Assembly: GCA_015492645.1 (NCBI GenBank)
Contig: WGER01000052.1
Coordinates: forward strand, 9,974-73,973
Reading direction: 5' to 3'
Length of the DNA: 64,000 nucleotides
Source: Nitrospirota bacterium
GTDB taxonomy: Bacteria > Nitrospirota > Thermodesulfovibrionia > Thermodesulfovibrionales > JdFR-85
Under the pieces are notes generated by a model that saw only the letters and a program-made list of their open reading frames with translations, did no database searches and was not told where the DNA came from. Positions 10,189 through 16,489 of the stretch are shown in pieces (positions within the stretch are counted from its first letter, which is position 1; every line of letters starts with the position of its first letter). The translations under genes and the position numbers were made by a program.

Positions 10189-10542
10189 TCAGAATATCAT
10201 TACGGTATCAGAGTCTTTGATAATCTCTGCGACCTCGTAACTGTTGGCGATGCTAACGCCTTCAATCAACTCCTCTGTCTCCAGGTGTTCCTCCTTCATT
10301 GAGGACTTATCCACCACCACCTCTACCCCCATCTCTATACAGTCCCTTATCCCATTTTCGATACTCTGATACTCCGTTCCCTCAACATCCTGCCCTTTCC
10401 TGGCTGCCTGAATACCTCCATCCACCAGTACAAGCCTTACGGTCATATCCTCCGTCACCCCTCCGAGGGCATGGCGGATCGCCTCTGCTGCATCTACAGT
10501 CCCGTAGGGAGGTCGCCTCAGTATTATGCTTATACTTCCCAT
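10189..10542 (-). CDS. dsrF: DsrF/TusC-like sulfur-relay protein
   Basis: 117 aa. PPYGT...EA..HALGG, LVLVDGGI and the C-terminal ...DTVMIF are typical of the DsrF/TusC family. It is preceded by TAA AGGAGGG CACC ATG, where TAA is the stop of the read-through dsrE frame. Confidence 0.75.
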   Translation of the reverse strand: MGSISIILRRPPYGTVDAAEAIRHALGGVTEDMTVRLVLVDGGIQAARKGQDVEGTEYQSIENGIRDCIEMGVEVVVDKSSMKEEHLETEELIEGVSIANSYEVAEIIKDSDTVMIF

Positions 10543-10553
10543 GGTGCCCTCCT

Positions 10554-10895
10554 TTATGTACCAAAGTTTAAAAAGATGGGCCCTGTCTTGATCACATTGT
10601 AAAGTCCTTTAAGGGAACTCATCTCACCTGCCAGGGCGTCCTCAGCCGCAAGACCGCGGCTCTTCATGCATCCAGTTCATATGTCAACCTTGAGTCCCCT
10701 TGATACAAGGTCCTCCAGGGCCTCTTCTGACTGAGGGACCTGACCCTTTACAATGGTGAACACACCGTCTCCTGACGCCACGAGCCTCACCCTGTGTCCC
10801 TTTTTCAGGGCAGCATCAGCCAGTTTAATAATGGTGTGAGTATTCTCGAAACTATAGGGAGTGGTTGTCAGAAACATTACAATCTCCCTTTCCAT
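10554..10895 (-). CDS. dsrE: DsrE/TusD-like sulfurtransferase, predicted selenoprotein (UGA at 10679-10677 read as Sec; U-x-x-C)
   Basis: Start ATG at 10895 with SD GGGGGAGGTG 4 nt upstream. The ORF-track product stops at TGA 10677-10679, but the frame stays open for 40 more codons to TAA 10554-10556. The read-through protein (113 aa) contains ...KVDI-U-TGCMKSRGL..., which aligns with the TusD/DsrE active-site box (NICVAAALRRGV). A SECIS-like hairpin lies 15 nt downstream of the UGA. Confidence 0.7.
10644..10661 (-). promoter_or_regulatory. candidate bacterial SECIS hairpin (AGCCGC-GGUCUU-GCGGCU)
   Basis: Perfect 6-bp stem with a GGUCUU loop, starting 15 nt 3' of the in-frame UGA. The GGUCU loop resembles the E. 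coli fdhF SECIS apical loop. Confidence 0.55.
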
Positions 10896-10927
10896 GAGAC
10901 ACCTCCCCCAAGAAAATTTCAAGAAGG

Positions 10928-11269
10928 TCAATGCCTTCTTTTACCGGGATATCTTCCCTTCTTGGTAACAGGACAGCAGGCAGGTGGTGGAAGTTGCTCT
11001 GGATAATCTCTCTTCAATACATGCAGAAGATCTGGTATAATTGGGTCCACAAGGTAATAGCACCTGAGCCGTCCATCCATGTAATAATCTATTAGACCGT
11101 AACGCCTTAACAGTGAGAGATGCTGTGATACGTTGGACTGCGGTATCTCCAAGAACTCCTCCAGATCGCTCACACACTTCACACCCTTTGTGAGTTCCTC
11201 AAGTATCTGGAGCCTCACTGGATGGCCCAGCACCCTGAGAAGTTCTGCCTGCGCACCTAATGGTCTCAT
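10928..11269 (-). CDS. ArsR/SmtB-family transcriptional regulator (possible SqrR/BigR-like persulfide sensor)
   Basis: 113 aa with a winged-helix signature HPVRLQILEEL...VKCVSDLEEFLEIPQSNVSQHLSLLRRYGLI. Cysteines at 32, 70, 98 and 99. First gene of the sulfur cluster. Confidence 0.85.
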   Translation of the reverse strand: MRPLGAQAELLRVLGHPVRLQILEELTKGVKCVSDLEEFLEIPQSNVSQHLSLLRRYGLIDYYMDGRLRCYYLVDPIIPDLLHVLKRDYPEQLPPPACCPVTKKGRYPGKRRH

Positions 11270-11277
11270 ATATTAGA

Positions 11278-11306
11278 ATATTATCATATTTTAATCTAAA
11301 TGTCAA
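11278..11306 (-). promoter_or_regulatory. candidate sigma70 promoter of the ArsR-led operon (TTGACA-17-TAATAT), apparently leaderless
   Basis: On the minus strand, TTGACA (11306-11301), a 17-nt spacer, then TAATAT (11283-11278). The ATG at 11269 lies only 8 nt after the -10 and no SD is present. An AT-rich imperfect inverted repeat TAGA-N17-TCTA overlaps the promoter. Confidence 0.35.
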
Positions 11307-11438
11307 GTCTAACTGAAAAAACCCAGATTTGCCGATAGAAATAGTTGTTTTTGGGGAGGAACTCCATGTTTTACGGACGAGATTTTGATCTAAAATGGAA
11401 ACTGTGAAGAAGGTCTAAAATTCGATACTTCCCGACAG

Positions 11439-11468
11439 TTGACATGACAAATGGGTATATTGTTAAAT
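11439..11468 (+). promoter_or_regulatory. candidate promoter for tRNA-Ala (TTGACA-18-TTAAAT)
   Basis: TTGACA at 11439-11444 and TTAAAT at 11463-11468, 12 nt before the mature tRNA 5' end. Confidence 0.3.
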
Positions 11469-11480
11469 AAGAAACAGGTA

Positions 11481-11556
11481 GGGGCTGTAGCTCAGATGGG
11501 AGAGCGCGTGAATGGCATTCACGAGGTCGGGGGTTCGACTCCCCTCAGCTCCACCA
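11481..11556 (+). tRNA. tRNA-Ala (anticodon GGC), CCA encoded
   Basis: Hand-folded cloverleaf. Acceptor GGGGCUG/CAGCUCC contains the G3:U70 alanine identity pair. D arm GCUC-AGAUGGGA-GAGC. Anticodon stem CGUGA/UCACG with loop AU-GGC-AU. T arm GGGGG-UUCGACU-CCCCU. 3' ACCA. Confidence 0.95.
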
Positions 11557-12655
11557 TCTCTCTGAATCTCCTGAACAGATGCCTTGAGTCATTGGGGCCT
11601 GGTCCCGCTTCAGGATGATATTGTACTGAAAAGATAGGTAACTCCACATGTCTCATCCCCTCTTCGGTTCCATCATACAGGTTTCTATGGGTCAAGACTA
11701 CCTGTCCCTTCAGACTTTCGATATCCACACAGTAATTATGGTTCTGAGAGGTGATCTCCACATGCCCTGTTTCCAGATCCATTACAGGGTGGTTTCCACC
11801 ATGATGGCCAAACTTTAGCTTGTATGTCCTGCCTCCCATGGCAAGTCCGAGTATCTGATGCCCTAAACAGATCCCGAACAGTGGTACCTTTCCGATGAGT
11901 CTCTTTGTGTTTTCAATTCCGTATCTCACCGCCTCGGGATTCCCTGGACCATTACTGAGAAGTACTCCATCCGGCTGTATCTCAAGTACTGCCTCTGCTG
12001 GGGTGGTGGCAGGCAGTACAGTCACCCTGAATCCAGCGTCCCTCAAACACCTGAGGATACTCAGTTTCACTCCAAAATCATATACCACCACATGGGGGGC
12101 CTCTATGCTGGTCTCTTCTGGTTCAGGCCACCTCCATAGCCCCTCAACCCAGTGAAAGGGGCTCTGGGTGGTCACCTCACTGACAAGATCCATCTCACCT
12201 ATGCCTGGATGGTCCTTTATCTTGCTGTAGAGACTCTCAACAGAAAGGTCTACAGTGGATAGTATACCCATCTGAGAACCAAAGGTCCTCAGATGCCTGG
12301 TAAGTGCTCTTGTGTCAATGCCCTGTATGGCGGGGATACCGTATTCCTTGAGATATTCTCCAAGGGGCCTTTCAGACCTCCAGTTGCTTGGATACTCCGT
12401 GTACTCCTTCACAATAAACCCTTCAACCTTCGGACCACCTCTTGACTCTATGTCCTCTTCATTCACCCCATAATTGCCTATCTCTGTATAGGTCATTACC
12501 ACCATCTGGCCCTTGTAGGAGGGGTCGGTCAGGATCTCCTGGTAGCCCGTGATGGAGGTGTTGAAGACAACTTCACCGATCCTCTCTCCCTCTGCTCCGA
12601 AGGACGTTCCCTCAAAGACAAGACCGTCCTGTAAAACAAGAATCGCTTTCTTCAT
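11519..12655 (-). CDS. carA: carbamoyl-phosphate synthase small (glutaminase) subunit
   Basis: 378 aa. N-terminus [21 protein letters not shown]...[24 protein letters not shown]. Glutamine amidotransferase triad region GICLGHQ. The last 38 nt run antisense through tRNA-Ala. Confidence 0.9.
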   Translation of the reverse strand: MKKAILVLQDGLVFEGTSFGAEGERIGEVVFNTSITGYQEILTDPSYKGQMVVMTYTEIGNYGVNEEDIESRGGPKVEGFIVKEYTEYPSNWRSERPLGEYLKEYGIPAIQGIDTRALTRHLRTFGSQMGILSTVDLSVESLYSKIKDHPGIGEMDLVSEVTTQSPFHWVEGLWRWPEPEETSIEAPHVVVYDFGVKLSILRCLRDAGFRVTVLPATTPAEAVLEIQPDGVLLSNGPGNPEAVRYGIENTKRLIGKVPLFGICLGHQILGLAMGGRTYKLKFGHHGGNHPVMDLETGHVEITSQNHNYCVDIESLKGQVVLTHRNLYDGTEEGMRHVELPIFSVQYHPEAGPGPNDSRHLFRRFREMVELRGVEPPTS

Positions 12656-12664
12656 CTCGGGGTT

Positions 12665-12673
12665 ATTATATCA
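12665..12673 (-). promoter_or_regulatory. candidate extended -10 promoter (TGATATAAT) of carA, apparently leaderless
   Basis: The minus strand reads TGATATAAT-AACCCCGAG-ATG. Only 9 nt separate the -10 hexamer from the start codon, and there is no SD. Confidence 0.35.
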
Positions 12674-12680
12674 TATCTGT

Positions 12681-12710
12681 CTCCGCAATTTGCCGAGTTT
12701 AAATCAAAAC
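12681..12710 (+). repeat. dispersed-repeat terminal module (CTCCGCAATTTGCCGAG...AATCAAAAC)
   Basis: Closely resembles 20367-20398 (CCCCAAGTTGCCGATAGAATTTCAATCAAAAC) and the CCCCAGATTTGCCGATAGAAAT-type motif seen in other intergenic gaps. Confidence 0.5.
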
Positions 12711-12832
12711 AAGAGTTGTCGAACCTTTTACATAAGATTGATCACCCCAACTGCAGTGCCCAATGTAAGAAGTTAGAGGTTCCTCTCCAATTTAGTTGGT
12801 TTCAGGAAAGTATTTTTGATCACCCTCACCCC

Positions 12833-12855
12833 TGCCCTCTCCCTCTGAGGGAGAG
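12833..12855. repeat. 23-nt perfect palindrome CCCTCTCCCTC-T-GAGGGAGAGGG
   Basis: Read directly from the sequence; sits inside the 584-bp non-coding gap. No adjacent U-tract on either strand, so it is not an obvious terminator. Confidence 0.6.
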
Positions 12856-13068
12856 GGAGTTTCACCTGTTGAGATTGTTTTTGCTTCAGTTGCCCTGTTA
12901 GAGGTGGCCGTGGTTTGTCCTCCTTCCTGTTGGATTCTTCTTTTGTCTTCAATCAGATAAGGATAACGAGGGCCCACCCTTCTTGTTAATACTTGCCAGC
13001 CAAATTGGAGAAGAACCATATTTGAGAAGGGCAGTGCTGCCTATTGCCCATTGCCTTCTCTGTCCGAA

Positions 13069-13237
13069 CCAGCACTGCCCGCCTGACAAATCTGTTGCAT
13101 AAATCCTGGTTTAAGACAAAAATCTCTCTGAAAAATCCCAGATCTTTCATCACCCGAGGGTCCCCACAAAATCTCTGATTTTGTGAGACCCCCAGCCGTA
13201 AAAACCATTATTTCTATATGGTAAATCTGGGATAATC
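13069..13237 (-). repeat. dispersed intergenic repeat copy (BIME/MITE-like), homologous to 62602-62735
   Basis: Hand alignment to 62602-62735 gives 37/49 matches over the first 49 nt and about 70-75% over the last 42 nt. Contains hairpin GGGTC-CC-CACAAAATC-TCT-GATTTTGTG-A-GACCC (13158-13191) and terminal module ATTTCTATATGGTAAATCTGGGATAATC. Confidence 0.6.
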
Positions 13238-13239
13238 AG

Positions 13240-14358
13240 TTAAGCCATACCCGCTACCTCATACAGAAAGGCCTCATATTGCTCTGCAATCCTCTGCCAG
13301 GTGAAGGCATGGCAGTACTGTCTACCCCTCTGTCCCATCTGTCTCCTCTTCAAGGGGTCCTTCAGTAAAGACATTATCGCCTCTGCAAGGGAGGGCCCAC
13401 TGAAGCCCTCAAAGGCCTCACCACTGCCTGCCTCCAGCACAAACTGCAGTTCTCTGATTGGGCTGACCACTACAGGCTTCTGAAGGGCCATCGCCTCAAG
13501 TACGGAGATTGGCTGGATCTCATGGCGTGAGGGGAACACACAGAGGATCGCCCCTCTCAGGAGTTCTGTCTTCTCCGGACCTTCCACCCACCCGAGCAGT
13601 TCTATTGAACCCCTCACATCTTCTGTTAATCCACTGAGCATCCTTTTGAACCTCTGCATCCCCCTTCCATCTCCTGCTATAAGGAGCCTGAGCAAGGGAT
13701 GCTCTCTTCTGATGAGGCTGAAGGCGTCAAGCAGCAGATCAAGTCCTTTGGGATACACATCAATTCTTCCGAGATACAGGATGTAATCCCTCTCCAGGGG
13801 CTCGACCACAAGCATCTCAGGGGGAATCGCATTTGGTATAATTGCGATCCTGCCCTTTCGTTTTCTTTTCCAAAGATATCGTTTCATAGAGACCTCATTT
13901 ATAAAGATGAAATTGGTGTAAAGGGGTGGTCTCAGCCTCTCGAGCAGGTAAAGGACAAGGGCGTAGAGGGGATTGTACTTTCTAAAATAGTGTAGACCTG
14001 TGTGACCCTGTACCTGCAGGACAAGAGGTCTGCCTGTGTATGAGTGGAGAAATGTAGGAATGGCAGGGGAAAATTCCTCCACTATCACATCATATTTCTC
14101 TCCATATCTCCTCACAAAACGGGATGCCCTGGCAGCGTAAGAGAGGAATGTAACAGTGAGGCTCCTGCTTTCGCTACCCAGGAAGATGTGCCTCAGTCCG
14201 TTGATATACCTGTCTACTGCTCCGGGGTATCTCTTACAGAGAAGGGTGATCTCATGGCGTTCCTGTAGTCTGGAGTATATCTCATATGCCCTTGTGGCGA
14301 CCCCTCCTGTGCCAAAATAGTCTCCCCTGCTCTCATAAAGCAGATGCAGTATCCTCAT
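13240..14358 (-). CDS. glycosyltransferase, GT4 (GT-B fold) family
   Basis: 372 aa. C-terminal GT4 signature ...CVFPSRHEIQPISVLEAMALQKPVVVSP... A 5-nt spacer follows the upstream radical-SAM gene. Confidence 0.8.
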   Translation of the reverse strand: MRILHLLYESRGDYFGTGGVATRAYEIYSRLQERHEITLLCKRYPGAVDRYINGLRHIFLGSESRSLTVTFLSYAARASRFVRRYGEKYDVIVEEFSPAIPTFLHSYTGRPLVLQVQGHTGLHYFRKYNPLYALVLYLLERLRPPLYTNFIFINEVSMKRYLWKRKRKGRIAIIPNAIPPEMLVVEPLERDYILYLGRIDVYPKGLDLLLDAFSLIRREHPLLRLLIAGDGRGMQRFKRMLSGLTEDVRGSIELLGWVEGPEKTELLRGAILCVFPSRHEIQPISVLEAMALQKPVVVSPIRELQFVLEAGSGEAFEGFSGPSLAEAIMSLLKDPLKRRQMGQRGRQYCHAFTWQRIAEQYEAFLYEVAGMA

Positions 14359-14363
14359 AGTCG

Positions 14364-15500
14364 TTATTGCCTGGATACCCCAAGGGCAAAGCAGCGGTAT
14401 AGGTCAGGCCCATTCCTGCCTGTGCACCTCTCTGCCCTGTAACGACAACCTCCCCGACACTGCTTCACCTCAGGACAGTCCCTGCAGGAGAGAGAATCGA
14501 GGCAGACGGGTTTTAGTCTCTGCCAGCATACCCTGAGACCCTCTGATAGGTGACCCAGAGGCTCAGAGGTGTAGAAACCGCACTTTGCCACTGTTGCATC
14601 GGGCATTATCGCGACAAGATGGGCCCCACAGCCGTACCCCTCCTCTGCCCCGTGCATCCCACCACCAAATCCATATTTGAGATAATCACCAGCGACCTCA
14701 GGAGGTGGTGTAAGATGAGGGTGTTCCATTAGCCTCCCCTCAGGCACCGGCACATCCACATTCCACTCCCTTACCCCCAGCCCCTGCAACAAATCCTGAA
14801 GTGGCTCAAAGTCCTTCAGGTTGGCACTGTGAATCATGGTTGCCACAGAGACATCAAAACCCATCGCCTTTGCCCTTTTCAGGGCATCAATGGTCTTGCG
14901 GAAGGTGCCTTCTCCACGGATGATGTCATGGGAGTGCTCAAGCCCGTCAATACTGAACTGTATCTCCTGGAAATTGAGTCTCATGAGCCTTTTTTCAGTA
15001 AGGAGAAGCCCGTTTGTGAGGAGGACCTTTCTGAGAGGGTATGTCTTCAATGCTTCGTTGAGTTCATCAAAGTACCGGTACATAAGGGGTTCTCCCCCTG
15101 AAAAGAGGACCCTTAACCCCTGCATCTCATTGAACTCCTCCAGTGCACCCATCAACTGTTCGAGAGGTATGTCCTTCTCTTCGGGTTCTCCTATATAGCA
15201 GTGCCGACAACGGAGGTTGCACCTGTAGGTGAGCAGGACCTCCAGGTATCTGAGTGAGGGGATGGGAGAGGGCATATCAGGGTAGTGTCTTTCTGGTTGA
15301 GGCAATTCTGTAAGGAGCCCCTCTGACAGACAGTACTCCAAGAACTCCTTATCATCAGTTTCTGCTCCACCCTTTGCAGCCGTGAGAAAGAACTGGTAAG
15401 ACCTTTCGTCGAGTTCGTAAAGTTCGTCCCTGTGAACATCGTACAGGGCCGGGAACTCCAGTCTCCTTGGTATACAGTATGGGCTCAGATATACTCTCAT
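14364..15500 (-). CDS. radical SAM/SPASM-domain enzyme with N-terminal PqqD/RRE-like domain
   Basis: 378 aa. CX3CX2C motif CNLRCRHC at about residue 93. GGEPL motif (FSGGEPLMY). Cys-rich C-terminus CGAHL...AKCGF...CLDSLSCRDCPEVKQCRGGCRYRAERC. Confidence 0.85.
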   Translation of the reverse strand: MRVYLSPYCIPRRLEFPALYDVHRDELYELDERSYQFFLTAAKGGAETDDKEFLEYCLSEGLLTELPQPERHYPDMPSPIPSLRYLEVLLTYRCNLRCRHCYIGEPEEKDIPLEQLMGALEEFNEMQGLRVLFSGGEPLMYRYFDELNEALKTYPLRKVLLTNGLLLTEKRLMRLNFQEIQFSIDGLEHSHDIIRGEGTFRKTIDALKRAKAMGFDVSVATMIHSANLKDFEPLQDLLQGLGVREWNVDVPVPEGRLMEHPHLTPPPEVAGDYLKYGFGGGMHGAEEGYGCGAHLVAIMPDATVAKCGFYTSEPLGHLSEGLRVCWQRLKPVCLDSLSCRDCPEVKQCRGGCRYRAERCTGRNGPDLYRCFALGVSRQ

Positions 15501-16489
15501 GCAAATTCTTCTTTTAGTGTACGGCTCATCAGACTCTGCAGGGCCTCCTCTGGTGGTTTATCCTCATACAGGACGCTGTAGACCTCCTGCACAATTGGCA
15601 TCTCCACTGAGTATTTCTCTGCAAGTGCCCTGGCGCTCACAGCAGTCTCGACCCCTTCAGCCACTTCCCTCATTTCTCCAAGGATCTCTCTCAGTTTCAT
15701 CCCCTGCCCCAGTTTGTATCCCACTGTATAGTTCCTGGAAAGGGGGCCTGTACAGGTGAGCACCAGGTCTCCCATACCACTCAAACCTGAGAAGGTCTTC
15801 TCTGATGCCCCCATTGCCACCCCGAGACGGACCATTTCTGCCAGTCCTCTGGTTATCAGGGCTGCCCTTGCATTGTAACCAAGTCCCAGACCATCGGCTA
15901 CACCTGACGCTATAGCAATCACGTTTTTGAGGGCACCACCAAGTTCGACGCCAAGAACATCATCATGGGTATAGACCCTTAATTGAGAAGTATTGAATAC
16001 CTCCTGCAGGAGGAGTCCCAAGGAGGGCTCCTCTACTGCAAGTGTCATAGCAGTGGGTAACCCCCTTGCCACCTCCTTTGCAAAACTGGGACCTGACAGG
16101 ACCGCCACCGGGTTCTTGACAAGTTGTTTGATCACCTGAGAGACCGTCAAGAGCGAACCCTTTTCTATCCCCTTCGAGAGGGAAACCACTATTGCCTCAG
16201 GCTCTATACTCTCTGATACCTCAGTGAAGACACTCCTCACGAACTGGCTCGGAACGGCACAGAGTACATGTCTCGCCCTGTAGAGGGCCTCTGCTATTGA
16301 GTCTGTCGCCTTCAGGGTATCAGGAAGTGTAACTCCCGGTAAAAATTGACCATTGGTGCCCTGCTCATTTATCTCCTTAGCCACCTCTGGTTCCCGTGCC
16401 CAGAGTGTGACATCATAGCCCTTATTTGCGAGAAGGGCTGCCATGGCAGTCCCCCAACTACCGGCACCTATCACTGCGATATAACTCAT
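15497..16489 (-). CDS. gpsA: NAD(P)H-dependent glycerol-3-phosphate dehydrogenase
   Basis: NAD-binding motif [12 protein letters not shown]. The start is placed at ATG 16489, which forms an ATGA overlap with the glnS stop, rather than at the upstream ATG 16519. Confidence 0.9.
   Translation of the reverse strand: MSYIAVIGAGSWGTAMAALLANKGYDVTLWAREPEVAKEINEQGTNGQFLPGVTLPDTLKATDSIAEALYRARHVLCAVPSQFVRSVFTEVSESIEPEAIVVSLSKGIEKGSLLTVSQVIKQLVKNPVAVLSGPSFAKEVARGLPTAMTLAVEEPSLGLLLQEVFNTSQLRVYTHDDVLGVELGGALKNVIAIASGVADGLGLGYNARAALITRGLAEMVRLGVAMGASEKTFSGLSGMGDLVLTCTGPLSRNYTVGYKLGQGMKLREILGEMREVAEGVETAVSARALAEKYSVEMPIVQEVYSVLYEDKPPEEALQSLMSRTLKEEFA

Noticed and set aside
10307-10315. DnaA-box-like TTATCCACC (oriC is often near mnmG/rsmG)
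   Set aside because: It is a single 8/9 match inside the dsrF coding region. There is no cluster of boxes, no AT-rich unwinding element, and no dnaA/dnaN or parAB nearby.
10896-10931. Upstream ATG (MTFLKFSWGRCL...) as the dsrE start
   Set aside because: It overlaps the ArsR gene end and lacks an SD. The internal ATG at 10895 has a strong GGGGGAGGTG SD and gives a family-typical N-terminus.
4359-11556. Sulfur/exporter cluster as a tRNA-Ala-integrated genomic island
   Set aside because: There is no integrase and I saw no direct repeat of the tRNA 3' end. The cluster also lies on the 5' side of the tRNA rather than downstream of its 3' end.
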